DNA of 64,000 bases. It comes from Podarcis liolepis (taxonomy: Eukaryota). Shown piece by piece: positions 23,966-39,106 of this stretch (position 1 is the stretch's first letter; the number at the start of each line of letters is the position of its first letter). The notes below the pieces were generated by a model, which was given only the letters and a program-made list of their open reading frames with translations, searched no databases and was not told where the DNA came from. The stretch lies in assembly GCA_965112155.1 (NCBI GenBank), contig OZ218103.1; one strand, given 5' to 3'. The translations under genes and the position numbers were made by a program.

Positions 23966-26900
23966 GGCTGAACAGAAGCAAGTCCAAAGAGTTCTTCTTA
24001 CTGGGCCCTTTGCTGGGCTGTAGAACTTCAGGAGATGCTCAGAAGTCAAGAACTTTCACAATGGTTGTGAGGGACCAGCGCTGCTTACCGGTAATATGTC
24101 CTGTGTGAGACAATTCTCCCCTGTAAATGCCCCCTTGTGGTAATTTTCCTGGGCTTAGAGCCCAGTGGGGGGCATTAATTAAAAACCTGTCAGAGGAAAC
24201 CTGCACAAACTCTTTAAAGACCTATGAACATCTGGCTGTTTACCTAAAGGCCTGTTGCTCAAAGGAGAAATTCCTCACCCACTTCTTCCTACTAGAGAAT
24301 CATTTGCATTCATCACAGAAGGTCTAAGTAAAAGACCTACATGAGAACAGAGAGAATGGGGTTCCCTGTGATAAAAGCGGCCATTTTCTTTTTTTGTAGG
24401 AAGAAGTGGGTCGGGATTAGCAGGGCATCCTATCTCTAACCAGGGGAATCACCTTCTCATCAGTTCTCTTTGTAATGAGTTTTTGGAGCCTTTGCAACAT
24501 CAAAGAATTAATGCATGGATAGTAATTACCCAGCTGACAGTATTCCTTTGCCCTGAAGTAAAGAAGCAGATTACCAGGCCCTGGACAGTGCTTCAAAATT
24601 TATTGCCCTTTAAAGAAAGCCAAATGCCGTCTCTGGGTGAAAACCCCATGCAGTGAATATGCTGCCTTTTCACCCTGCAGTTACCTGCCTAACCAGGAGA
24701 TTAAGGGGAAGGGAACACCCTGCCCTGTCTACTCATTTGCCAACTGCACCTGACACATTGTGTAACATGCCTAATAGCTTCCTGGAACTACATCTGAAAT
24801 TAGACTTCACTTGGTGCTTCTCCCTCAATTTGCATCTTTTAGCTGCCAGGGGACTTTCCTCATGATTTTTTTTTTTTTTTTAAGCCTCCAGAAATGTTGG
24901 CCAGGATTTGTTAATGAAAATGACTGATCAGATCCAGGTGCTTTGTGGAGCAAAACAGCAATTAACCTGGCTCAGGAAAGTCATAGAAGCTTCTAAGGTG
25001 TGAGATTCCACCTTGCAGCAGGACTGTAGTCTCCTTGGTTACTTGATACTGGCCACTGAGCAATTTCCCCCCACTGGAAATGGGCACTTCAAATGAGCAC
25101 TGCTGTTTGTGGCACAGATCACCGTGCATATCAAAGGCTGTGGACGTTTGGTATGGTAAGAACATGTCTTAAGGAATTTTGAGAAAGAGATCTTCCACAA
25201 AAACTGTAACAAGCTACTTGGACAAGCTTCAGGCCAAACACCTGCAGACTAGAGAACAGTGATGATCTGCTAAAATGTTATTTGGCTTTGGCTGAAACCC
25301 GCCCAGCAGATGTAAGAGGGATGGCTTGTATAAGCAACAGAAAGGTCTTGTTCACTTGCTATACTCAACGAGCTCAAAATCAGACAACTTTTCAGCGATA
25401 GATATTATGAAAGCTTCAGCATGTCATTGACTGAAGTCTTAATGGCTCAATGTGTCCCAGTGGGCAAGACTGTGTTTCACAAGATGTTTACAGCAGTGTT
25501 GACTTTGCATGATGCTTAGTTATGTATCTAGTGCTTGAGCTCTTATCAACGAAGTTTAGCAAACTGAAATTAATCAAGTAAACTGGGGCCTTGCACTTTT
25601 GAAGATACGTTTCTGGTTTTGCAGCTTTTTTCAGTTTTGCATTAGTGCTTTCTAATTTCATTTTTTTTCATTAAAAAAGCCAATAAAAGTATTTCTGAGG
25701 TAGCAAAAGGATGGATACTGATATAGTTTGAATGAGGCAGAGTATTATCCCTACACAGTAATAACAGCAAGGAAAGTGCAACCTTATACATGTCAGAAAC
25801 AAGTCCCATTGAGCTCAGGCTGATATGACTAGGGTGGAATGTGCACACATTTAAAAATGCTGTGAAAATGCTTTTTAAAAAACGTTTTGAAAAATACATT
25901 GAATTTGGCATAGCTCACTTTCGCCATCTAGGGTCACATTTGTATATTGCACTTTACAACACATTTAAAACATTGTATTTGCAGCTGTGTAGCTGAGTCC
26001 TAGGTTTTCAGTCTAGTTACTTTTAAATAATTATCATTGTTTTTGTTGCACTATTTCAGTCATTATTTCTGTTACAGGGAACTTCTAGGACCATTATATT
26101 GTAAAAGAGATCCCACAAATCTGATTTATTTGCAATGCAGGGCCAGGATCCTGAAAACTATTCAATTTGGTGTTACAGCATGCTCCATATTCCTGTCCTA
26201 CAAACAATGGAGCCATCCCAGCCCTGTGCATCTTTCCCCCTCACCTGAAGATTCCCCAGTTTCTTTTGGGGAAAGGGATGGATAGTATTTGCCGCACACT
26301 AGAACAGTATAATAGCTAAGATCACTAGTATCCCATGACTACTAGCAATAATGAACATATATAACCTGCAGTGTCAGAGGCAGTATGCCTTTAAATATTA
26401 TTTTCTGGAGAACAATAGCTACTGCCCACATATTATTATGCCATAATATTACTATGGGCTTCCCGTAGGCATCTGGTTGACTACTATGGGAACAGAATAC
26501 TGAACTGAATAGGCCCAACAGGGCCTTTCTCTGTTCTCAGAGAATAGCCTCAGAGAGGGGACTTGACAAGTCAAATTGTGCATCCACAACAGTGACCAGA
26601 GTAGGAATGACCACTGGGAGGAACACAGAGTGAAGAAATGCCACAGTGCATCTGCACAACTGGATACCTTCAACTGCCTCAGCTGCAACATTCAGAAATT
26701 CTTTAAATCTACTTTTAAAATGATGATTTCCCCCCACAGACACTGTTGTGTCTCTCTGATGATATCCTAGCTGTTCAAAGATGTGGAACGTTGGAGAAGG
26801 GGGTCAAAGCTGCTTACATGTTTTGCCATGTCTAGGCTCCTGTGTGGGGGAGAGTTTAGCTTTGCTTTTTAAACTTGGTTCACATGAACACTCCCATTAG

Positions 26901-29900
26901 TTGTTACCCCCCCCAAAAAAAGACAATTTCATTACCCAGTAGTATCCATGTTGTGTAGATGCTGCATTTACCACATGGCAGGAGCAGTAGAATGAAAGAC
27001 TCATGTGTGAATTGGAAAGACTGGCTTTCTTTAAAAAATAAAAAATTTTTAAAACCCAGAACTAAATGGTGGTGTTATTATTGCTTTAAACACAAACAGC
27101 TTTTTTGCTTCCCAAATGTTACATTTGACAGCCTGTTTAAATTTCCAAAACATCTGTGCCGTTAACTCTTGGAAAACACTCCCTTCCAGATCCTGGCTAA
27201 TTCTGTTGGCCTGCTCAACACTGGCAGCAGCAACAGAAAGGGGAAAAAATGTTTGTAATGAGTGTTCCATTTCCACAGCATTGTACACATTGAGAGCTTG
27301 ATTATCCTGTTACAGTTGTTCTCATCATCTGACCGTGCCTCGGATGCATCTATTGTGAGAACCCAACATGTTTGCTTCCCTCAAACCGATGGCTGTTGCT
27401 TATTTTGAAGCTATCCAGAGGCCTTCGTACTTTGGAGCTTCCAACACTCATTGCCTTTTACCATCAATAAACTGGCTTTCAGAAGATACAATTGAGGAGT
27501 CTGCTACCTAAAAGGCAGCAACTGAGAAACAAATCAAGCTGACATAATCTAAACTATTTCTGACCCCAGGTCCCCCAAATCCACATTTTGCACTTTGCAG
27601 GAGGCCTGGGACAAACAACAACACACCCAGGAGTAAATAATATGTGTTTTCTGACACATTTGTTGCAGGGGGTGTTTTAGGAATGATAAAAATGTCAAAA
27701 ATAAAATAAAATGGAAGTACTGTATTCTGCAGCTGAAGCATCCACCTACTAAAATGGCTGGAGCTGGGCTTTTAAAAAATAAACATTTTAAAGGTTTTAC
27801 TTCTGAGACTGTCAAAAGCCTTGAATTATGTGTTGTCTTCCAGGGAAATCTTTTTTTTAAAAATTGTCAACAATACACAGGGCAATATTCAACTAAATAA
27901 TTTCACAAGTGGAACAACAACTGCTTGTTCCACAATATAAAGTGATGGAGAAAGTGTGGCTTGGATTTGATGGATATACCTGGTATCTTCAAGTTAGCCT
28001 TTAATTCCAGCGTACAGGTAACAGTCATATATATCCATGAAGAGGTTAAAAGAACTGCTCATTTTCACTCACTCCCTATTCGAATCTTGAATCACTGCAA
28101 GTAGCCCATTGCAACAAACTCTCTTTTCTACCTGTTGACTCCTCAAGTCTTTTTCTTTTCAGGAAAAGACATTCTGCAGAGAAGGATAATCTCTGGCTGT
28201 TTTGCCTGCCAAAGGGAAATCCTCTGAAAATAAGTCCATAGCCAAATCCTGGTGGCATTTTCTGTGACAAAAGAGCAGAACGAATTTGGTGTGTGGCAGG
28301 GGGAACCTTTCCAGGCTTCTGGGCTCTGAGAACACCAGCTCTTTGGTTATTACATTGTGGGCCACATTCAGCCATCTCCTGCTGTACTAATTACACAAAC
28401 TTTGGGCCAAGTGGAGATCAAGGCGCCCTGCAGAGAGCTAGAAGCTGATACTTGTTAAAATTCCTCTCTCCATCCTACACGCCTCTCTGTTCTATGCTGC
28501 TCATAAAAGACAATTAGGTGACCAGGAGGTGACTTCAATAGGTTTACAGATCTCCCAGGAGGCAACTTCAATGGTTTTACAGATCTCCCAAGAGTCCCTT
28601 TTCACTCTGCACAGACAATCACCACTTGTTCTCATCTGGGAATCCTTGCTCACACTAAGCTCTTAGCTACTGATCCTCATGCTCATTCACCAGTGGCTTA
28701 AGCTTCCCTTTGCTGTGCAAATAAAAAAAATATATATCTAAGGACAACCTTGGCTGTTTTCCACCCTTGCAAGCATGTTAAGTTTTAAGAATAAAGCAGA
28801 AATTCACATTGGGCATTTAATAGTTCCCTCCCTCTCGTCTCCTTGCCTGCTACATAGATTGTAGCCCTGTCCAGGCCTGCCTAGAGCTGGGAACAATTTG
28901 CTTGTAATTTCACATATCAAAGGGGCTCCACATGCAGTTAGTCATTGCAGTGCCTTTTTGCAATATATATATTTCATTCATGAATTACTTCCTAATGATT
29001 CATCCCAAAGCAATTTCACAAAACAATAAAGACATAGATAAAACTATTGCATATATAAAAACTATATATATTTATGAGTTAGTTCTCAAAACGATGTACC
29101 ATCTATCATCTCTGCCCTTGAAGCAACCCTGTCATATAAGCAACCATAAGTCCCATTTATAGATGGCACACTGAGGCCAGGAGGTTCAAGAGTTAACCAT
29201 TATAGGGTCCTTTCCTTTGGAAGCAGAAAACAGTATAGATTCATGAGAGGTTGTTTTTTAATTCACATCTACATAAGTTGAGCAGAGGGGCCATCAGTTA
29301 TTTAGCCATACAGTGCTGCTCTTTAAAGCAGCACCAGTTTCTGACACACAAAATCAGTGGTATTCCCCCAACTCCAAAACCTGCTTGCAAAACTCAGGTA
29401 TCCGCCTCTGTTGGTTGCATTCAAACTGCCAGACAATTTCCTCTCAGTCCCCATGCAATCATATGGGGTTTGTGGTGTCACTGGCAGTTTTACCTGCCAT
29501 CACTGCTTAGTTAAGTGAGCATTTGACAACCAACAGTGTCCTCTGCAGCAATGTTGTTAACTTTATCGGACGCAATAAATATAGCATCCCCACAGCACTG
29601 GACTAATAAGGCACTAGAGGCACCAAGGTAAGTTTAGCAAGTTTTCAGCAATCCACACACTTTATGAACTCTTCATATAGCTGGTGTTTGCTCCTGGCCA
29701 CATGCATGAAGATGAGGGTTTTCCTTCCCTTGTTGACGCAAGATTTCACATAGCCAGGACAAACAACTGGAATGTTTCAAAGTCTATGGAGATGATTTAA
29801 ACAGCTGAAGAAAGGAAAGAATGCATCCAGTCCCTCAAACCCAAAGCCCTTGTAAGGGAAGACCCACTAGCCAATAAATATAAGGATGTTCATTATTGGC

Positions 29901-30698
29901 TCTGATTGTGACAGGAGAAGTATTAAATAGGAATTTAACTATGCACTAACCCAAATTTAGAGGACCTCAAAGGAAAGCAATTATTCACCACCACATTCTA
30001 ATCACAATGTTTAACTCAGACAATCTTGAAAGGGACCCCCAATTTAGAATCCAGAAAAGGGGCAGCACAATTCAAGAATAGCCAGGCATGTGCTTGAGAG
30101 GGTACCCCCCCCATCCCAACCACGGCTGGAGCTACATAGTGAACTGAGATGCCCATTTGCTAAGGGTTTGCTTATTCAGCAACACTGTGGTGTACCTGCA
30201 GCAACACAACCAGACACCATCATCTCCAACAAGTCTCGCCCTCATTGGTCTCTACAGCCACAGCAGGCACTGTAACTCCCCAACACCTCCAGAGGTTCAC
30301 TCCTCCATTGTCTCCTGAGTCAGACAGATACTAACAACCAACTCAGGGTGCACTTAACCATGCGGTGAACCACTTGTTTTCTTGGATTTCTCATCTGGTG
30401 CCATAGGTGCCAACTCCTAGGAGTGGAGGTCCTTTTGGGGGCTCCTAAAATATTTGAGGGAGCCCCCAAGTTCATATGACCAATAGCCAGAGATTATAGT
30501 TCAGCAACATCTGGAGGGTTACAGGCTCCTCAGCCCTACATTATATTTTTGTGGTAAACCATTCAGACTAGTACACCACCCCAGGAATATCACATGGAAG
30601 TTTCTCTACCCTTAGTAGGCAACGATCGAACCAAAGATATGCTTTGTGGTTATGCTCTGCTACGTGTGATGTCCAGTTCAAAGTGAGATGCCCCCCAA

Positions 30699-30828
30699 AG
30701 GAAGCTGCCTTGTGTCAAATCAGGCCATTGTTTCATCTAGCTCTGTATTGACTTCACTTACATGAAGCAACTCTTCAGGGACTGAACCTGGGACCTTCTG
30801 CAAGGAAATCATGGAGCTTTGGCCCTTC
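30699..30828 (-). mobile_element. Squam3-like SINE, internally deleted
   Basis: aggaagctgcctt...caggccattgtttcatctagctc...gaacctgggaccttctgca, reverse complement of the 7024-7222 family. Confidence 0.65.
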
Positions 30829-31031
30829 TCCTGGTTTTCATATAGATCTGAGCTGGACTAGGCAATTGAGGTACACAATGCAAAATGTTCTTGTGTCAGA
30901 GGAGCAGTGGGACTGAATAAATGTATTCACCTTACTACTTTCAATTTTCAGAAAAGCGAAAGATGTTAAAGTACCAGTGAATCAGCCCAGCTGCAATTAT
31001 TATGCTGTGCGTTCAACTCATTTCCTATTCT

Positions 31032-31838
31032 TTCTTTTTTTTTAAGAATAATCTTTATTAGTTTCCCACATAAATATATATACATAGATAACAAGTCATA
31101 CAAAGCAAAAACAAACAAAGGAAGGAAGAGAAGAGAAGAAAAAAAGGAAAGGAAAATACAGTATATTACAATTAAATAAAAAATTATGAATGTAAAACTT
31201 CCAACCATTCTCGTTATACTGCTTATATTGTCTATGTTTTCTTGCACAGGTTTATATTATTTCATATTATTTTTATATAATCCGATAAAATATCTAACAC
31301 ACTTTTTGCTTACAAGTATCAATCTAGTTCTGCAAGTATATTGTTGTTTGTACAATACAATTTTAGATATTCTTTAAATATTTTCCATTCTCCATATACT
31401 TTCTGGTTTGAAACTCCTCTGACTTTTCCCGTCAGTTTTGCTAGTTGCAGGTACTCTATCATAAGGGTCTGCCACTCTGTTATTGTTGGTAGTGTTTCAT
31501 TTCTCCAGTTTCTAGCTGCCATGATTGCATACATAAACAATGACCTTATACCTTTTTGAAATTCTTTGATAGTATACCTAATAGGAAGATCTCTGCTCTT
31601 TTTTTAAATGTAAATTTAAATAATTTTTGGAGTTCACTGTAGATGTTGTTCCAAAATTCAGGGATAACTACACAGTTCCACCACATATGAAAGTATGACC
31701 CTATGTCCTTTTTGCATCTCCAGCATGTTGGCGACTTGCCTTTATACATTTTAGCAAGTTTTAAAGGTGTATGATGCCATCTGTATAACATCTTCATAGT
31801 GTTTTCCCTGAGGTTGTAATCATGCCATGAATTTAATA
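31032..31838 (-). mobile_element. L1-clade LINE, 5'-truncated 3' end (ORF2 zinc-knuckle region)
   Basis: Minus-strand ORFs KMLYRWHHTP..CWRCKKDIGSYFHMWWNC (CCHC knuckle) and AARNWRNETLPTITEW, separated by a frameshift. AATAAA (tttatt at 31054-31059) and a poly(A). Perfect 14-bp TSD tcatttcctattct (31018-31031 / 31839-31852). Confidence 0.93.
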
Positions 31839-33847
31839 TCATTTCCTATTCTATAAGGTTTGGGCATGCCTCCTCAGGTAAGAACTTAGATAGAATTCCT
31901 GAGGACCTGAGATTATAAGGAAATGTAAAGGAAACGTCTGCTTGTAATTCATTGCTCATTGAGTGGCTTCCTTTAGTGTCTTCCCTGCCATAGCAAAGGG
32001 CTCAGGCAACACTAATGAAAACTCCGGCACCCCTTGCCCTCATCCGCAGCTATGTCTGAAAATAAAAAACACAACTAATTGCTGAACAGTCTGTCTCAAA
32101 CAACCACTGAGTGTGTTAAAAACACCATGGTTTCCTTTCCAGCTAGAATATACCGTATAGAGTCAGTTTGCCAGAATGTTTCTGCAACTCTTTCAGCTGG
32201 GGCAACTAGCCAGGAAATATTTTAGCTAATTAGACATGAATGATCTATTAAACAAAGTGGATCTTCATTAGAATCATTTTTTCAGTAAGTGGCAAGGTGT
32301 GTGATGGTTGGGGATTCTAATCAAAGAAAGAAAATTGAAGGAAAGAAACCAAGATTCTCCAGACAGAAAGAAGAGAAGGTACCATCAACTTTAAATCAAA
32401 CATTGTTGACTGGTGTTGTTGAACCATCAGTATGTGGGGAAGCCAGCAGAGTCCATGGAAAAACTTTCTTCTGGAGTGTGATGTTTATTGACTTTATGGC
32501 AACAAGCTTTCATTCTTTGAGCTGATGAAGACTGAAGTTTACCCCAGTTCACTCAAAGCAAAAAGTCTGGAGCCAAATACAACAAACCCCAGAGGGATTA
32601 CTCTGTTTCTTTAAAGGTAGCAATCAAACAGCCAACTGTTCTTTGATAACTGATTGCACCAGTTCACAGAAATAGAAATCTAGAAGGAATCAAGAGCAGA
32701 TTCACTTCCACTTTTGTAAATAAAACTCGCCACACGCCCAGAAACGGATAAGTAGGTGCCAATAACCTTGGAAGAAACCTTGTATCAGTTGAAATACTGA
32801 TGAGCTAAACACACAGCCAAGCTCAATTCAATTGGCTCAAATCCAAAGTCCTGTCTGAATTTGTAATCACTGCAAGTATATTTATCATGAGCTGAACAAA
32901 ATGTCTGCATATTACTATCACAGGTCAGTTCCATTACCATTTTGAGCTTACAAACGGCTTTTCCAGTTTGCTTCTGAGTTGCAACCAAACTAGCAGATTT
33001 CATGTGTTTGTTTCCATTTTACAGATGAACTTAGCCTGGGAGAAAGTGACTGGCCGAAGCCACCCCAGATACATTGAAGACTACATTGACATTTGGTATT
33101 TGTGACACCCTGATTCAGGATTAACCATTTATATTTTGCATCACAGCATCGTGAATCCAGGTGAAATGGCTAAACCTTACCAAATGAAATATTAACATTT
33201 GAGAGAAAGCCCCATGGAGTCCTGCTGGATCAGACCAGTGGCTCATATGGTCCAGTATCCTGTTCTCACACTACTAATCCCATGTCTGTTCCTCAGCAAC
33301 TGGTGTTCAGAACTATACACATAACCGTGATACTGGTATGATTGTTTGTCTTGGGGCATGTTGTCCACTGAAACAGCTTCTGGACCTACAGTTAGTTGAC
33401 CAACTGTAATCAAACAGAAGTTATTGGATGTTTCTGTAGTGAGAGGATAATTAACATTTCTGCTTTTACCTGCTTTCTATATTTCTTGATATGATCATCC
33501 TTTTCTTTTGGCTGCTTAGAATTGCATATCACATCAAGCTTTTTTTTAATGCAGATGTTGTCTAAATGTTTTAAATATCAGTCGGTGAATCAAAACTGGG
33601 GAAGAACTTAATGAATCACAGAGACGTGCAATCCAAGCAACACATTATATCGTAGGATTGCACACTACTCTGTGCAATCTTAGTGAAGGCAGCAATTGCA
33701 CAAAACTGGACGAAAGGTTAGATGATTCAGAGAATGGAGCAGTCAGCTTATTGGAGAGGAAAGGGAAAGGGAAAGAAGTCATTTTGCTTATTCAGATTCT
33801 CCAGGATGGCTGCATGAATGCAACGGATGAGCTGTGAGTCATTTCAA

Positions 33848-33868
33848 CACACACACACACACACACAC
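33848..33868. repeat. (AC)n microsatellite
   Basis: Directly visible. Confidence 0.95.
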
Positions 33869-36197
33869 GCCTTAGGAGTTGTACATACAGAGTGCACATG
33901 TCATCATTTTGCAAATATGGATGCTTATTGTCCTCAGTGTCCAGATGAAGAATGCATAAGAAGCAGAGCACACACTTTGTGGTTTCCAAACATCAGTTCA
34001 GTCACAGACCTGGGAACAAAACCCAAGGTTTCCAGATTCCACTCCAGCCGAAAAAACCACAAAGTTGTCTGTTTCAAAATGTCCTTTATTTTAAAAATAA
34101 AACCCATTTTGTCTTCAAAGTTCATTGAGGCTCAGCCTCTGGCTTTTAGCCTGTCCTTGTTTTCCCCGAGGCATTCAGCTCGCCTGCATCCAAGCTGTAT
34201 GTCTGGAAGAAAGTGCTTCCATGCCCAGGTCACAGAGTATGTTGTCTCAGCAACCATCTGATTTTATTTATTATCAGTTCTGTCTGTGAGTTCCAGGGCC
34301 AAGCTAGACAATGTGTATGTGTGTGCGGTTGCATTTAATGTGTCTGTTTTTTTCCTTTATTCTAAATAGCAACCACCAGCAGGAGGAGGACAGGACATGG
34401 GGTATGAGGGGGGTTAATTATTTCCTTTCCCCCACCTCCACCAGGGTGCTGTCAAAAATTGCCCCCTTCTCTTGAAGCTGCTCATCATGGGGGCAGGGCA
34501 ACTGCCTTTGATCACTTTGCCATTTGTTAGTCCATACTGAGGGAGAGGAGTAAGCCCTTTTCCATTTGCAGTGGTCCTCATGCTCCCCCCGGCATATGGC
34601 TGATATTTAAAAGAAAATAATTGGACATGTTAAAGGCAATCTAGTATTTAATGTCTTCTCTTGCTTATTTCCTAATTAAAGAGAAGAAACTTTCACAAAA
34701 GCTGGTCTGTAGAAGGCCAGGATTTCCCTTTTCCTCCATCTTTCCACATGTTTAGTGAACCTAATATAGCTGAAGGCAGGAAGAGATGTAGAACTCTTCA
34801 TACAGAATGAGTGGATGGTGCGTCCCATTCACTGCTTAGTCAACTAAAGCTACATATGTGACCCATGATGAATAAATGCATATGCTGCTAAAAACAACAA
34901 CAGGAGACAGCCTTGCATTGGGTCAAACCCAGGACCAATCCTATCACCTTATCAAATGACATTGCAGCACAACTGACCATTGATCAAAGGTGTTGGGTGC
35001 TTGAAGCAAAGTAGCACCCCGGCAGAAACGTTTAAAGTAAGCAGTGCATTATGTTGGCAGAGAAGGAAAAGCTTCATTGGTTCTTCCACACCTCAGAAGA
35101 TTTAAATAAAAACCAACAATTCTTGGGAGTTATGGTGAATAAAAGAGTGCTGAGCATGAATTATGGGTGGCTGCAAATAACTCATTGTGAGGAATTCTTT
35201 TGCTTTATAAGACTCCCACAGTAAGAGAGACGTTGAATTGACTCTCACTCCAATTCTACTTGAAACTATCTCTTAATGGGAGACTTTTTGCCCAGCCAGG
35301 CATCAGAGCTTAGTCCTAATAAAAAGCTCATCTAATGCTAATCCGGACCAAAAAACATGCAGTGTTTCTCCTACATTATTTTTCTGAAAGGCTGAATTGG
35401 TCACAGTTCTAACAATTCCAGAACACAGTTCTTCTGTTTGCTACTCCATGTACTAAAAGTTATGGTGTGAAAAATGAGAGTGTCTTGTGTTCTTCTATAG
35501 ACATCAGTAATTAGAAGCTCACATTAAGCATTGCCTGAAATAATCAGGAAATTGCAAATCTGACAACAAATATTCCTGCTCTCAATTTTCTTTTAGCAAA
35601 CTGTATGAGAAACCAAGAGTCTCAATTTGGGGGGTTTCTAGGTAGTGATTTTTCCAGCAGCTTTCTAGTGGCATTCGAAGCAGGGTTTCCTCAGCAAGCA
35701 TATTAGTTTTGTGGTCTGCATCACTGCATATGGAATACAGAATCTCTATCACTCTGATTTTGTATTTTTCACTCTGATTTTGTATCCTGAAACTGACTAA
35801 AGGAAGCAATAACCCAACATTGCCAGATTAGCTTTGTTTGCATGCAACCAACCAATAGAGGAAGACACAGATTTCCCTGGAGTCTTCTGCTTGGTTCTCA
35901 TGACAGAGCCAATCACAAATTGGATCTGCTCCAGTATCATAGCGGGAAGTTTTTAGACAATGACTTGTAGAAATGAGTACTTTTGGTTCCAGGACAAAGT
36001 TTTATTTGAGTAATGAAAGGATATACAGCCAAAGCACAGCATATATTTGTGAAAGACAGATGAGGCAATGCAGTAAAGAGACATATCCAACACTCATCAC
36101 GAACAGGTGATGTTGGGACACTATGTAGGATCCATGTAAGACCAAAGGACAAATGGAGGATATGAATTCACTGAGCATTAAGTAGAAGAAGCAGTAC

Positions 36198-36298
36198 TAG
36201 ATAGACAGACAGACAGACATGATAGTGAAATATACTCGGAGTCAAGAGTGGATTTCATAGATAGATAGATAGATAGATAGATATAGATAGATGATAGA
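36198..36298. repeat. Interrupted (GATA)n/(GACA)n tetranucleotide repeats
   Basis: tagatagacagacagacagac and (atag)n runs. Confidence 0.9.
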
Positions 36299-38219
36299 TC
36301 AGAATAATACACATGTAAAAACAGGCTCCCAAATGGCTTATACATGAAGATGTTGGAGAAGAATCTTCTTCTCATCTTCTGTAGGAGGAGATTGAGCATA
36401 CAGTTTGTGAAATAACCCCCATGGTGTGTTGGGCATCCATAGCAAGCCCAGTTACATCTTATGCCCTTCCCTCAAAGCCAAGTCAAACTCTCAGTTTTGC
36501 AGGCACAACAGATGAACACAGGAAGTGATATTGCCAAGGCATAACTTGCTGACTTCTGATCATTAAATCCTTTCAGGCTATTATGTTCCCCATTCTATCT
36601 GTGCATTTGCTGATTTGGAAAAGGCCTGGGGGCAATAAGGAAAAGTGCAGCTTGATCCTCTGTAGCATTTTTGCAAGTCTTACATCACCCATCCATTTCC
36701 ATCATTGGCTTTCCATACACAGACTGATCAAAAGGATATGTAATAAATAGGATTCTGAGCTGCCGGCTTATTTTTGTTTTTCTTTTAAACCAACATGTCG
36801 GCGTCACTGAATGAGTGCACATATGTTGTGAACATGTAGAAGCGCTCCAAAACGTTTAAATCCTCACATGGAAGGGATTGACTGTTCATTTCTATTGATA
36901 CGTGTAATTGTACATGATGTATTTATTGCCCTTTGTTTGTATGTTCGAAGCCAGTCCTTGTATTGTTATTTAAAGGCACAGCAACGCTGAATAGTTCTTC
37001 GCTGATGTGCTTTGCTGTTTATGTGGCCACATCACAAGCTTTTATAACATTCCATGCTTTCTTTTATGAGTTTGCAGATGTTTCTACATAGAAAGCTTTT
37101 TTAGAAAAGTTTTTAAGGGGACATAACAGCAGCTACAGCACACACACAAAAGGTATTACTAGAACATTCACAAATAATTTTTATTTCTAAAAAATAGAAT
37201 TTGAAAATTTTATAAACAAAGAAATTGTTAGGTTAAAATTTGAGGTTTATAATAATCCAATATATACAGTATTTTGTGTATGGTGCAGTGGTTATTGTTA
37301 TGAGACAGAGACTGGGAAGAATCTTCAGTCAGCCATGAAGCCAACCTCTCTTGGGCTAAACTACCTCACAGGGGTGTTGTGGGAATAGAACACAGAGGGA
37401 GGCCATCTATGTTTTTTTGAATTATTGGAGGGAAAGTCAGAAATAAATAAACAAAGCTATTATCCTCTACAACATTATCTATCTACCTTCCTGGTACAGG
37501 AGGGGATACAGAAGTTGTATACACACATTTTATCCCATAATCAATGGCTACAGAGTAGTTGTTTCTTCTGTGTACTCCACACACAGTCTTGATCAATTGC
37601 ATATTTCTTGCCCGTGAAAAGTGCTATTGAGAAATTAGTTTCGTTCCAAAAATAAAAGATCACTGCAGATTCATTCAGTATTGCCTCACAATGTGTCCCT
37701 TTGGAAACAGAGGAAGGCGGTCTCAGCAATAGAGGGTGTGGATACACTTGCCCAATGATGCTGTGGGTGAGCATCTACCAAGACTGCAATCACCCCTTTT
37801 TTCTTCATTCGCCTGGGGCATGTACAGGGAGGAAAAGGCATGGATAATATAATCAAGGGGAGAGCTTTCAAAAGTGTACCAAGTAACCACACTTACCCCT
37901 TGTGGACAGCAGGATCAGCATGTTGGGGATGAGCATGAACAATCCTAGTTTAAGGGAAAATACAAGTGGGTTAGTGTATACACAGCCTCTGGCATCAACT
38001 GTTTAGACAGAAACAATATGTAATTTCCAAACTGGAGTCTTTTTCATGGAACATTTGCTTTTCTCCTGTTTGGAACAAGCCTCTTTGGTTTGTTCTTTTT
38101 CACCCACACTTAAATCCTATTTCTGTCTCCTCACTCATTAAGCACGAATGCCCTTAAAATATTATTTACCAAACAATTGGTTTTTTTAAAAAAGCGTATT
38201 TCTTTAAGAATGTTTATTT

Positions 38220-38254
<35 letters not shown>
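38220..38254. repeat. (ATC)n microsatellite
   Basis: Directly visible. Confidence 0.97.
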
Positions 38255-38343
38255 GGCTTTCTCCCTGCATGAAACCAGCTGTGGAAGACTTTTACTGGCC
38301 TTCTCTCATCTGCTTAATATGCCAGCCACTCATGTGTCCATTC

Positions 38344-38595
38344 CAGGGGTCAGCAAAAATTTTCAGTAGGGGGCTGGTCCACTGTCCCTCAGACTTTGTG
38401 GGGGGCCGGACTATTTTTTTGGGGGGGGGGAATGAACGAATTCCTATGCCCCACAAATAACCCGGAGATGCAATTCAAATAAAAGCACACATTCTACACA
38501 TGTAAAAACGCACTGATTCACAGACCATCCGCGGGCCGGATTGAGAAGGCTATTGGGCCGGATCTGGCCCCCGGACCTTAGTTTGCCTACCCATG
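38344..38595 (+). mobile_element. Non-autonomous hAT element, ~250 bp
   Basis: TIRs caggggtcagcaaa / tttgcctacccatg. 8-bp TSD gtccattc / gtccagtc. Inverted homolog at 49305-49555. Confidence 0.9.
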
Positions 38596-38921
38596 GTCCA
38601 GTCAATGCGTCAAAATCGGCTTCTCAGCAGTGAGAACTGGCTTTATTTGTAAGACTGCCATTGCACATGTACTTATTTGTAACTAAATTTACGTGGCAAA
38701 CGAGTGTAAATCACTAGTTTGCTTTGAGTGCCAATTTTTACAAAGTGTGAATATCTATATGAAACACAGATGGTGAAAACACAGGGATGAGTGTACATTT
38801 TGCCGCACACCGACCTTACAGTTTTACAGTACCTGTATTAAAAAGGTAATTTGTACGTAGTCCACAGAAAGCTCAAGTTACCATAATGCCTGTTATTTAT
38901 TGCACTTTAAAAGTTCAAGTA

Positions 38922-39106
38922 CAGTCGTACCTTCCAAGGTGCGGCTTCCGATTCGCTGTAGGAAACTCCTGCAGCCAATCCGAAGCTGCGCCAGACGTTC
39001 AGCTTCCAAAGAGCATTTGCAAACCAGAACACTCACTTCCGAGTTTGCGGAATTCAGGAGCCAAAACGTACGAGTGCCAAGGCGCTTGGCTTCCAAGGTA
39101 CGACTG
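38922..39106. mobile_element. Tc1/mariner (Tigger/pogo-like) MITE
   Basis: TA|CAGTCGTACCTT...AAGGTACGACTG|TA: perfect 12-bp TIR and TA TSD. Confidence 0.92.

Noticed and set aside
28522-28590. Direct repeats of ~30-34 bp that could resemble CRISPR repeats
   Set aside because: Two adjacent copies without unique spacers in eukaryotic DNA. These are simple tandem duplications.
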